From: Octopus sinensis
Taxonomy: Eukaryota
Length of the DNA: 64,000 bases
Reading direction: 5' to 3'
Assembly (NCBI RefSeq): GCF_006345805.1
Contig: NC_042997.1
Location: 113,894,001-113,958,000 of the forward strand
A program made the translations under genes and the position numbers. The notes beneath the pieces were generated by a model. It made no database searches, was not told the DNA's origin, and worked only from the letters and a program-made list of their open reading frames with translations. Position 1 is the stretch's first letter; each line of letters begins with the position of its first letter. Below, one piece after another: positions 51,535-64,000 of this stretch.

Positions 51535-54272
51535 ACTAAATCTCAGTTTATTTTTTGTGAAAGCTGGTCTCAAGGCAATATCAATGGAGAGATTTTTATT
51601 TTAGTCCCAGTCAACACTGAAAATACTAGTTTGCACAATTATGCTGTGGCAAATGATAGAAGGGTCCCATCGCTAATTTCAACAACATTAAAAATTCAGC
51701 AAGAAAACCAAACCAAAAAGTATTTAACCCTTTCGTTACTGCATTTATTTTGAGATGCTCTGGGTTTCTTTCAGTTAATTTTAAATATAATGAAGAATTT
51801 AGTAAAATAACTTAGTTATCATTCAGCAAGTGTTAGGAACATAAATTGTGACTAAGGTTTGGTGGAAGATTTTAATTCAAAACTTATGAAAACAAAACAT
51901 TTGTACTACAGAGTCAGAGGCAGTTTCAGCCAGGTTGGTACCAAATGTGTTAAGGTTTCATACAAAATTCAAGAATGAAGGTGTAAAGAATAGCCAAGTG
52001 GTTAGGATGTTCCACTCATGATCATAAGATCATGGTTTCAACTCCCAGACCAGGTGGTGTGTTGTGCTCTTAATTAAAACACTTCATTTCACATTGCTCC
52101 AGTCTGCTCAGCTAAAAATGAGTTCCAGTAATGGACAGGAAGTCAGCCCTGTGATTATCTGGCATCCCATCCAAGGGAAGAGTTCTAATCTCAGTTACTT
52201 ATCTGCTATGGAAAGTGGGTTAAGTTCTGGCCTTAGGAGACCCAAGGCTCAAGACAAAACTATGAAAATTCAACCCTCTGGTTTGAATCACTTGAAAATT
52301 CTGCATATTCTTCTTAAGCTTTTAACAGCTAATGTTTTATGTACTCTACTTCTGCATGAGTCTTGGATCCAATCCAATTGGTTCTGGACTATTTCTGGAA
52401 ATTACTTTCCAGACACTCTAAATAATCAATTACTATTTGCTAAATCAAATCAAAATTCATTGTTTTAAAGCCATGTCCAAAGAAAAACATCACAAGCTGG
52501 GATCAATACAAAAACCTCATGTTAGATATATCACCTACAGAGATAGGAATACCAAAAGATAGAATGGCAGTTGAATGGTTCCTTTCCTTAGAAAAGGTAA
52601 GATATGTTAAAGGCTTAGCAATACCATGGACAAAAAAGTTGCAGAATATCCCAACTGTAGATAGGGCTGAGACCAGAATATTCAGTATTTAAAGCTATCC
52701 ATACAATATAACCCTTCTTCCACCCCTACAATGAATGTCTATCCTCCCACTCCAACAATGTGTGATTCTTCACCCATCTTTACAGTGTGTACTTCTTCAC
52801 CTAGCCCTACAGTGTGTGCTCCTCCCATCCTTAAAATATGTGCTTTTCTCCTAGCCCAACTACGCATGCCCCTTCTCCCAACCCTACAATGTGTACTCCT
52901 TCTCCCATCCCTACAATGTGTGCACCCTTTCTCCCAGTCCTACAATGTGCACCTTCTTCTCCTAGCCTTACTATGAGAGCACATTTTTTCCATCTACAAT
53001 GCGCACTCCTGACTCTACCATGTGTATACCTTTTCCCAGCCAGACAATTTACGTCCCTTTAACAATTTTCTCTAGTCATCCCCCTCTTTACACAAGCTGA
53101 ACAATTATCATTAATTTGGTCCCAATAATCTATAGAAACAGTATCATACACATCCATGATAAATCATTTGTTATCTGGAAAAATTTTGAATGTTAAATCC
53201 TGTCCAACTCAACCCGTTCTCCGTCCTTTCTTCCAGAAGTGATTCCTCACCTGACTTATTTCATTACCGAGATTTCGTCATTTTAGTTGGATTAAGAATT
53301 TTTGCGTAAATTGTTTAGAATTAGTGCAGGTCCTTCAGATTTTAGTTCCAGAGGCAATTCACTAGTTTGTCCCAAGAGTTGCGTCGATCCTGCCTGTAGA
53401 CTATAAAAATACTGGAAACAACGTGGCATACAATACCTGAACAGTTAGCATTCCTTAATAGCGTGCCTAATAGCAATAAACAAAACGCTGACTAAAAATA
53501 AGTTATAATCATGCAACCAAAGATTGACTAAAGGCAGTACGTAGCTATAACCGCTGACCCGTAGATTACGACTGAATTATAATCACCTTCTATAAAGACC
53601 TGACAACCAGGATGTCAAACTGAATAAGTAGACAGAAGGTGCACACAAAAGATTAACATATTCCGATAGGACACTCAAGATGCGAATGGAATTATAACAG
53701 AAGGAAACTTAATAATAACGGCATAATATTCCGCATTCCTTTGCTTACTTATAAATTGATTAGAGATGATGTAGAGACTGGAAATTCTTTTGTCTTATTG
53801 TTTTGTTCTTTTATCAGTCAAGTTCCGTATCCCACTTTTTTTTTTGCGTTCCATTCACATTAGATAATATTGGGATCTTTCCATTCAACTACCCCATTCT
53901 TATTTAAAAAGAAAAAAACCGAAGAAATAACATTTTTGTGTATATATATATTCGTTTTTTTTTATATATGAAATATAACATAATAATAATTTCTTTTTTC
54001 TTTTGTGTATCATTTGTCATGTTAAAAGATACGAAAAATCAAATTTAGTTGTTAGACCGACCTATTCCATAAGAAGCCTTCATATCGGACCGTCTTCGGA
54101 ATATATCTCTATTAACGGAATATGGTCCTAGCCTCAGCTAGCACCAGTCACATATTCTCTCCTTGTGACACGTTAATCTACAGACGTGATTACGTAACAC
54201 GACTAAGGTTCTTTTCACACCAAATCCCCACCTAATTCGCAACCCCTATCATAACCTTAAAAATTATCTACT

Positions 54273-54286
54273 GTTGCCATAGAAAC
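54273..54286. promoter_or_regulatory. RFX X-box
   Basis: GTTGCCATAGAAAC fits GTYNCY-AT-RGNAAC in a repeat-poor, CpG-containing region. Confidence 0.45.
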
Positions 54287-54917
54287 AACTAACTTTCCAT
54301 GATAAGTCGCTTAAATTCGTATCGAATGTTATTTCAGTTAAACTTTATTGATATCCATATCTGTTGACTTACTTCACAGTTATTTTTAGCGCTCATATTT
54401 TAGCTTTTTTCTCTAAAATGTTATGATTGGATGATATCAACCCAAACTCGGCTGTTAACGGGAATCAATTACCTTCACCATAATTTGCAGAGTTAAATGT
54501 CAAAATAAGACAAAGATAAACACTTTGACTCAGAGTCCAATTTTATTCCGAATTAATAAATATATTTTCATTTTTAATTAGTTTTTTAAAGCGGGGAGAA
54601 AATATATTAGGAAGTTTAATTGAATTAAAAAAAGAAATACGCCATGTATTGTCGAATATCTTGCTGTAAAATGTAAACTTTATCCTAATGGTCCATCGCT
54701 GTGGCTGGCAGGTGTGTGTGGATTAATGTTATCAACATCGTGGGGTCAATTATTTGAGGCATTTACTGACTTCCTCTGTTAGTCTTACTTAAATTGCTCC
54801 CTTTTTTGCTTCCTGACTCTCTGTTTTTATCTCTCACCTGGACTGTACCCGATAAAAGCAAATGATGAAACGTAGACAAAAAGGTAAACGTTTCGCTTCG
54901 TCTCTTTTAAGTTTGTC

Positions 54918-54961
<44 letters not shown>

Positions 54962-54990
54962 GATAGATAGATAGATAGATAGATAGTGTG

Positions 54991-55060
<70 letters not shown>

Positions 55061-55127
55061 TATATATATACACACACACACTATATATATATATATTTTG
55101 TGTGTGTATATATATATATATATAGAT

Positions 55128-55159
<32 letters not shown>

Positions 55160-58100
55160 CATATTACACAAACCCACACATACATAATTACATACTCACA
55201 CACACACACTATATATATATATATATCCCGTCCTGATGATTTTCAGCTGTGTATCTGTGTATTTTTAATTTAATATATATCATGCATAAGTTGAATTATC
55301 TATTTCATAACATACATAATGGGTTTATTATTCAAAGTTGTTGCCAGAACAAAGAGGAAAAAAATTATGGAGCTACGTTAGTTATTAAAAAAAAATGTTT
55401 GAAATATTTCTATCATTGAAGTATAGAAACAAACGAAGCCTTAGAAGAGAGGAAATCCTTTTTGCATTTTAAATATTTACAGCAAATTTTGTAAAAATAT
55501 GTACATTATGTAATATTTATTTATTAAATGATCATCGTAAACGATAGTAGCCGATTATTTCCTGATTAGTTATACATCCATGTATGTTTATTATATATAC
55601 ACAGGTCTGTAGTGTTTGCATAAGCGTATACTTTGATCGCCTTATTACTGAAATTGTCTTAATTATTATATCGTTCGTTAATTAAATGAAAAAAAATTGT
55701 ATTCTTCTTTATCGACCTTAAAAGTTTTCCTTTTTCCTCGTCTCATGCCTAGTTTCACTTCTTTGTATCACTGTTGTCCGATAACTAAATTGATAATTCT
55801 GATTTGTGGAAGTAATTGGCAAATAGCAAGAATGTTTCGATGGAGTTTCGATGTTTCTAAATTACAAATTCATTAATTAGATTTGGCAATGGCCAGAAAA
55901 ATCATTGACTCAATAAGAAATTAAGAAAAAAAAAATCAACAGAGCTACATAAATGTTTAATCTTTATCAAATAGATTTATTCTTATCCTTATATTTGGTT
56001 ATATCTAAACAATATTTTGTTATTAATTAGGAATATTAACTCACGATTATTCCACACTTAGTTTCGGCTTTTCTCATAAAAAAATTCCGAAGATATTCAG
56101 GTGGAAATTTTTATGTATATTATTAACAATATAGGAGAGGCATGAGCACCATCACTCCACATTTTCTTTACTAATTTATTTGTTCGTTCATGTGCAAGGA
56201 ATCCTCTTTCTATAGTTTTTATTCATGAGTTTATTTGTTAATTAATTTCCTTGTGAAAACCCTGTTTTACTGATCTTCCACATGATTTAACCGAAATGAA
56301 AACAATCACACTTGCTACTGAAGAGATATTCATATAACATGCTGTTAGGACGAACCACTTCCTTCTTTGTTAGTAAATAAATTCTATTAATAAACTCCGT
56401 ATCTTACTATATTTCGTTGTTTTACCATTTTATATATCGTAGATGCAGTTACATAAGCGTATGTCTTTAAAGAACTATCTGGTAATAGAGAATTAAATGA
56501 TCTAACTTTGTATACAGCCATGCAACCATCATTTGGCACGCAATATGAAAACCATAATACAACGTGTCTCTTTCATGTTCTTTAGTCGAAAAAAGTAATA
56601 TTAAATTACTCTAATATCAAACTATTTTTAGTCTGTAATTCAAATTCAAAATAACTGGACTAAAACGAACAAAAACAAAAATATTATTTTCCATTTCACT
56701 TGAGTAATTCTTGCGACAGACAAAAGGAAACGTGTTTATGTTTTTCGACATGGCATATTGATTTCGTTTTTGTTCTTTAATTTATGAATAAGCTTAACCA
56801 TACCATTGAAATGACTACCTAATACACTTGCTTGTTCCGGATAATGACTTAATCTTAAATCTTAGTCCTAGCACATCTAAAGTTTTGGTTCTTTGTCAAT
56901 TTGCCAGGAATTTTCTTTCACTTTAGTTCTTCTATCCTTTGTTTTAACCAGTAAACATTAATCAGGTCTTCTTACACATTCACTCTCTTGATATTGAACA
57001 AAGCCACTTATCAAATGGCACTGGTATTCCGTGCTCACTATTATTAATTTGGATTTCTATTTTTTTCTCTGTTTACCTTTAGTCGTTTGGCATTTAGCCT
57101 ATTTTTCCGAATTCGTAATTACTCCTGCAGCTCTTCGACAAATTCAGTAAAACGATTCAACGATTCGGATGTTAGCACATGAAAATTCCCAAGTTCATCC
57201 AGTTTTGTCCATTCTGTGTTCTTAAATTCATCCTGGGTTTATTGTTTCAAGAATTAAGATATGTGAACTGCTGAGGGGGAAACATTTAATCAAAAATTTA
57301 TGGTAAATTCTCTAATCAATTATTGGAAGTGGACGGCAATGTCTTGGAATAAAAATCTTCAGGTTTGCAATAAGTTTAGTACTTTTCTTCTAAAGATAGA
57401 TATTAATCTCTTGGCAGAGTTCTGGAATAGCTGTCTGTGGAACTTCATGGGAAAAGGGTTTCTTTGTATTTCATTTCTTAGTATTACTATGTTTAATATA
57501 TGAAGGCGCGTGGTCTAGTGGTTAGAGTGTTACACTCACATCATCCAATTGTAGTTTCGATTCGAAGACGGGTGATGCGTTGTGTTTTTAAGTAAAACAT
57601 TTCACTTCATGTTACTCCAGTTCAGTCAGGGGTAAATGAGTTCCTGCAATAATTAGGAAGCTAACCCTGTGAACGACTGAATCAGTGTTGTAATCTCAGT
57701 CACAGAGCTAAGCTCTGGCTCACGACAAACCTAAGTCCAATGTGTAAATTACAATTCTGAAAATTGTTACTTTTTTATTCTGTTTTGTCAAAAATTTCAA
57801 TTGTTTACGTTTTTGCCGCTCCCTTCCGTACCCCCTTCCCTTTCCCGTGGGGCATGAAACTTCGGGAAACAGTTACTCTAAAACTCTGACAATCTTTTAT
57901 TGAGTAGCCATGTATCATCTGTACAGCAAGAAAACCTGTTCTGATCCCTTTCTTCATACGTTTAACTCCCATCATCGTCTTGCAACTACACCCTTCTCTA
58001 CTGTAGCCTTCGCTCAGTCAAAGGCAGTCCTGTGAGCTACATAACAACCTCACCAGTGCTTGTGCCACAAAAATGGTACTGTAAAGTTGATGTTAGGAAG

Positions 58101-58344
58101 GGCATCCAGCCATAAAAACCATGCCAAAACAGACGTTGGAACAAGATGCATAATTCACTGGATTCCATAAAATCGTCCAACCCAAGCTGGCATGGAAAAT
58201 GGACATTAAATGATGATGGTGATCATCATCATCATCATAAAAGATTTAAAATGTGTATATCAGAAACATGTTACATGACAGTGAGAATTGAGTTATAAAG
58301 GTGAAAGACTTTATAGCATTGGTTGGATAGGAATCGGTTGAGAA

Positions 58345-58786
58345 TTTGAGTGTAGTGGAACATTAAAAGCACCATCCGAGCATGATTGTTGCCAGGGCTG
58401 TTGACTGGCTCCTGTGCTGGTGGCACGTAAAAAGCACCTTTCGAGTGTGATTGTTGCTAGTGTCACCTTACTGGCATGTGAAAAACAACATTCGAACGTG
58501 GTCATTGCCATTGCTGCCAGACTGGCTCCCGTGCAGGTGGCACATAAAAAACACCTTTTGAGCATGGTCGATGCCAGTATCGCCTGACTGGCCCTCATGC
58601 CAGTGGCACATAAAAAGCGCCCACTACACTCTTGGAGTGGTTGGCATTAGGAAGGGCATTCAGCTGTAGAAACTTTGCCAGATCAGATTGGAGCCTAGTG
58701 CAGCCTCCTGGCTTGCCAGTCCTCAGTCAAACCATCCAACCCATGCCAGCATGGAAAGCAGATGTTAAACAATGATGATGATGATG
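58345..58786 (+). mobile_element. RTE 3'UTR copy
   Basis: About five GGTGGCAC.TAAAAA.CACC subrepeats, conserved terminal motif, (GAT)n tail. Confidence 0.88.
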
Positions 58787-59600
58787 GCCATGGAAGGAGT
58801 TAGTTTTAAGAAACATTCGAAAATGCTCGGGAAAAGTGACTAATGAAGATGGATGATGTTTGTTTGGTGGTGAAAAATGTGATGGATATCAACCAAAGCA
58901 TTTTTTCATTTCTTAGATTTGATATATGTGAAGTAGGTTCAGTGAAGGGTAAACATCAAGGAAGAGATAGCAGTACAAAGTATGTAATTCACACCAATAT
59001 ATAAACAACCGTATGATTATTATATTTTATGTCATAGGATACACAGGGGATCTGTCTGGCTAAGGTTTAATATAAAAATACAAATGTGAACTATTTAAAA
59101 GAACTCCACTATACTGCCACTTTTAATAATCAGCTCTTGTACAAAGAAACTTGGTTTTCTCATCAGGGCCAACAAATAGTTGTTGATATTTCATTAATTT
59201 GTCTTACAGTGGAATATTGTACTCATATGTGGGATCACAACACTATCTCTACTCACAAACTTTGATTATACAACATGAAAGCTAATTGGCTTGATGTAAA
59301 TTTATTCACTGAAATGCATAAGTGAGGCCCACTTATTGATCCCCAATGTCTATGAATTCTTTTCCTATTCATCTTCATCATCATTTAATGTCTGTCTTTC
59401 ATGACTTTCTGGCATGGGCTGGATGGTTTAACAGGACTGCATCAAACCCTAGAGTCAGCTCTAGTATGGTTTCTGTATGTAACTGGATACCTTTTCTAAT
59501 GCCTACCACTTTAGAGTATAGCAGGTACTTTTCCCTTGGCACCAGCAATAATGAGTTTGTTAACTTGCAAGACAAAAGATGGAGGTATTGTACGGAGAGA

Positions 59601-59832
59601 AGGTGGCGAGCTGGCAGAACCGTTAGCTCGCCGGGCAAAATGCCTAGCAGTATTTTGTCTGCCGCTATGTTCTGAGTTCAAATTCCGCCGAGGTTGACTT
59701 TGCCTTTCATCCTTTCAGGGTCGATAAATAAAGTACCAGTTACGCACTGGGGTCAATGTAATCGACTTAATCCGTTTGTCTATCCTTGTTTGTCCTCTCT
59801 ATGTTTAGCCCCTTGTGGGTAATAAAGAAACA
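59601..59832 (+). mobile_element. tRNA-derived SINE of the GAAATA-tail family
   Basis: Full head, central domain and tail; TSD GGTATTGT..GAGAGA at 59584-59600 and 59833-59847. Confidence 0.9.
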
Positions 59833-60269
59833 GGTATTGTTGAGAGAGCTGGCTTTAAATTTGGTGTTGAGCGGTTGAAGTATGATAAAAGGACAGGAAC
59901 AGTTCAAACTAGATAAGTTTTAAAAAACTCTCCAAATTCACCAACTTCCACATCTCTGCTGTCCCCTATCTGTATATATACTAAAGGCTGCTTCATTAAG
60001 GGACTTCCTCCTCTCCCAAAACATTAGTCTTCAAGTTTTCAAAGCTATTTCACCCATACCTTCACTTCATTAGCTCTGAACATTGTAAGATAAAGATCAC
60101 ATCCTATTTGATTAACTTCTGAAACATCGAACATTGTTAGTAAGCTATCATTGTATTATGCCAGATCTGTGTAAGCAACAGTCATAATCATCTGCACCAG
60201 TGTTCATACATACCACTAATAACACATACCAGTGTTAATACATACTAGTATATTCTTTACTCTAGGCAC

Positions 60270-60646
60270 AAGGCCTGAAATTTTTGGGGAAGGTGCCAGT
60301 CGATTAGATCGACTCCAGTATGCAACTGGTACTTAATTTATTGACCCCGAAAGGATGAAAGGCAAAGTCAACCTCGGCAGAATTTGAACTCAGAATGTAT
60401 AGACAGACGAAATACCTATTTCTTTACTACCCACAAGGGGCTAAACACAGAGGGGACAAACAAGGACAGACAAACGGATTAAGTCGATTATATCGACCCC
60501 AGTGTGTAACTGGTACTTAATTTATTGACCTTGAAAGGATGAAAAGCAAAGTGGACCTCGGCGGAATTTGAACTCAGAACATAAAGACGGACGAATACCG
60601 CTAAGCATCTCTCCCGCCGTGCTAACGTTTCTGCCAGCTCACTGCC
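60270..60646 (-). mobile_element. SINE dimer: a full unit (60646-60417) followed by a second, 5'-truncated unit
   Basis: The tail AAAGAAATA runs directly into GGTATTTCGTCTG, the mid-head of a second unit. Confidence 0.85.
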
Positions 60647-60666
60647 TTTTATATACTAGTATATTG

Positions 60667-60869
60667 CTGGGTGAAATGCTTAGCGGTATTTCATCTGTCT
60701 TTACGTTGAGTTCAAATTCCGCCGAAGTCGACTTTGCCTTTCATCCTTTCAAGGTTGATAAATTAAGTACCAGTTACGCACTGGGGTGATGTAATCAACT
60801 TAATCCCTTTGTCTGTTCTTGTTTGTCCCCTCTATGTTTAATCACCCACTGTGGGCAATAAAGAAATAA
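60667..60869 (+). mobile_element. 5'-truncated GAAATA-tail SINE
   Basis: GAAATGCTTAGCGGTATTTC head part, central domain, tail GCAATAAAGAAATA. Confidence 0.85.
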
Positions 60870-61657
60870 ATATTTACTAGTATTACCATCACATCATTTA
60901 AACCCTGCACTCCCTACAGAGCATAGGCCATCAGTGACCCTTCTCCACTCGGGCTTGTCTTTCTCCCAGATCTTGTTCATTTTGAATTGTCATTGTTTGC
61001 TTGTGTAACTTTGATTTTTTTTCTAGGTAGGGGTGTTGGCCTTATAAAAAACCATTTTTACCTGTAGGCAGAGGTGATCCATTTTAGTCTGGTCTTTACC
61101 TTCACCTGTCTATCAGGATCTTGCACTCCACTGCTATAAACCCCATAGTGATTGGGGTAAACAACCCACCACCCTGCAACAAGGACTGGACCTTACAGTG
61201 GCAGTATTATGATGTACCAGCATTACTACATTCTAGTATTAACATGTACCAGTATTAATATGTGCTAGTGTTTATATATGGGAACGTGCATAGCTTAGTG
61301 GTTAGGGTGTTGGACTCGTTATCATAAGATTGTGGTTTCAATTCCTGGACCAGGCAGTGTATTGTGTTTTTGAGCAAAAATGTCATTTCATGTTACTCCA
61401 ATCCATAGAGCAACATGAAATGAAAAAATGAGTAATCCTGAGATGGACTGGCATCCTGTCCAGTGGGAATATACACACCACGGAAATCAGGAAATTGGCC
61501 TTGTAAGTCTGTATGACTTGGGAAGGATCTTATTATTTATAGTGTTTATATACGCCAGTCTTCATGTTGATTGATGTGAAATTTAAACTATATTTTTTCT
61601 GTCTTGTTTGTTTCTTTCTTTTGTCTGTCGTCATTTTAATGATTTCTTACCTTGCAG

Positions 61658-61771
61658 ATGTTCAACTCAATTGATCATACCAAGAAAAATCAATTTTTAG
61701 AACAAACCAAGGCTGCCAGAGAAGAACGCGCTTTTGAGCGAAGGAGAGACAATGCTGCCATTAAAATTCAA
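61658..61771 (+). CDS. UBE3B: First coding exon of a UBE3B-like HECT E3 ubiquitin ligase; no further exons recognised in the window
   Basis: TTGCAG acceptor directly followed by ATG; 38 codons [38 protein letters not shown], then a GTAAAT donor. Resembles, from memory, the UBE3B N-terminus (MF...AREER...AAVVIQ, start of the IQ motif). Confidence 0.8.
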
Positions 61772-61789
61772 GTAAATATCTATATATCT

Positions 61790-62035
<246 letters not shown>

Positions 62036-62284
62036 ATTAATGTACAAACATCAAAAACTATATTTACAGTAATCAAAAGCTTAATTGATAACTCATTTTG
62101 TGAAGGAATTTGGTTGAGAGGAAACTGCTGGAAGTCCATTGTATATGTGTGTGTTTATTAATTGCTAGCAAGCACATAGTGTTTTGCTTTGCAACCACAA
62201 TATACTACAAAATATATTAAAGGTTTATAAGTCACTATTGTGCCTTACTTTTGTGTTAGAGTGCAATGTCCTCATTTTTAAGTT

Positions 62285-62602
62285 TATTTCTAACGAAAGC
62301 ATCATCCAAATGTGGCTGATGCCAGTGTTGCCTTGACTGGCTTCCATGCTGGTGGCACTTCAAAAGCACCATCTGATTGTGGCCAATGCTAGCTCCACTG
62401 GCCCCTTGTGCTGGTGGCACATAAAAACCATCCACTACACTCTCGGAGTGGCTGGCGTTAGGAAGGGCATCCAGCTGTAGAAACACTGCCAGATCAGTTT
62501 GGCGTCTGGTGCAGCCTCCTGGCTTCCCAGACTCCAGTCAAACCATCCAACCCATGCCAGCATGGAAAACGGAGGTTAAACAACAATGATGATGATGATG
62601 AT
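62285..62602 (+). mobile_element. RTE 3'UTR copy in a UBE3B intron
   Basis: Subrepeats, terminal motif, (GAT)n tail. Confidence 0.85.
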
Positions 62603-64000
62603 TTTTTATAGAATTCAGAGCCGGCACTGAAAGTCATGATATTTCACACACAAATACATTTATATAAACAATGCAATCCAAGATAGAAAAAAAACAGGTA
62701 ATGAGTGTATATGCATATTTCAAGTGTGATTGTTCTGTCATCAGTAGCAATAGTTGATGGGTTGGATGTGTTGCTGATGAAAGAGCAATAACTCTTGAAA
62801 TAGGCATATACACCCATTATATATTTTTTATATCTTTGATCGCATTGTTTACATAAAAATGTGTGTGTGGGTGTGAGTGCATTGCTGTCTCCTTATTTTG
62901 ACTTCTTGTGATACCTGCAAACAAGTCTCACCATTATACAAACAGTGTCATTCATTTCTAATCTTAAAGCAAAATGTGTCTGGTCATGGGGAAATATTAC
63001 CTTACTTGGGAGCAGGTAAGGATTGGCAACAAGAAGGGTATCTAGCTGTAGAAAATCTGCCTCAACGAATTCCACCTGACCCATGTGAGCATGAAAAAGT
63101 GGATATTAAATATACATTACATTTTCATAAACATAATTACATTTTCCCCATTTGTTTAATAAATATTTCTTTAGTATGACCTTATTAGTTCACACTTAAT
63201 TCAGTGAAACATTATTAGGTTGCTCTTAATTGAATGTGGCCTTCAAATATATAATGGTTCCATTCACCCTGCCTCTGCTACATCATCCAAGTAAAACAGT
63301 ATCCTCAAAATAAACAAATATATAAATTTAAATTCTGACTTTGTCTAACAATGGTTGTAATTCTAGAGTAATTTCTTAATTTAGCTTCGTTTTTTTTCCT
63401 TTCTTTTCTTTTAACAACTGTTTCAGCAAATTCAAACCATTTAAAGAACTAGTTTGTTGCTAAGTCAAAGAGTTACTAACTTTTCTATTTAAACCATGGA
63501 GTGACTAACATATATTAGATTCGTGCAGTTACTAATCAACAACATCATTTATGTTTAATGTCCTTTTTCCATGCTGGCATGGGTTGGATGATTTGACAGG
63601 AGCTGGCAAGCCAGAGAGCTGCACCAGGCTCCATCATCTGCTTTGATAATGCTTCTACATTTGGCTGTCCTTCTTAATGCCAACCACTTTACAAAGTGTG
63701 CTGGGTGCATTTTATGTGACACCAGCATCAAATGTCTTTCATTATAACCCCAGGTTGATGAAAGCCTTGTGAATGGATTTGGTAGACAGAAACTAAAAGA
63801 AATCCATTGTGTGTGTATGTGTGTCCCCTCTTGACTTGACATCACATAATTATTGTGAATGAATGTCCTTAATTTCCAATATTCTGTGAAACATGTCTGG
63901 CCATAGGGAGATATTGTCTTGCTTGGAAAGACAAGATGGGCATCCAGCTGTAGGTAATAACTTCTTTAATAAATTCTATCCAACCCATGCAGACATGGGA

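Overview
AT-rich eukaryotic DNA dense in repeats. The repeat complement (RTE LINEs with (GAT)n tails, CR1 LINEs, tRNA-derived SINEs, abundant (TA)n) looks like an octopod cephalopod; this is an inference. Host genes: a complete HSPA5/BiP gene on the minus strand (6 coding exons, 657 aa, signal peptide and KDEL, intron in the 5'UTR, two ERSE-like promoter elements), and the first coding exon of a UBE3B-like HECT ligase near the right end. Most notable accessory feature: a 2,028-bp retroposed unit (15728-17755, minus) between exact 15-bp target-site duplications. It encodes only an intact LINE ORF1-like protein (CCHC knuckle) with no reverse transcriptase, sits inside the tRNA head of a SINE, and ends in the same CCCTTGTGG...GAAATA tail as a local SINE family. 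This points to a shared mobilisation system whose autonomous partner is not in the window. Also present: minimal hammerhead-ribozyme-like motifs, several with a compensated U3-A8 core, mostly in (TA)n-flanked elements; a fold-back mariner derivative; a MITE; a Helitron-type element; a local duplication-inversion; and orphan promoter-like motif clusters. All alignments and folds were done by eye.
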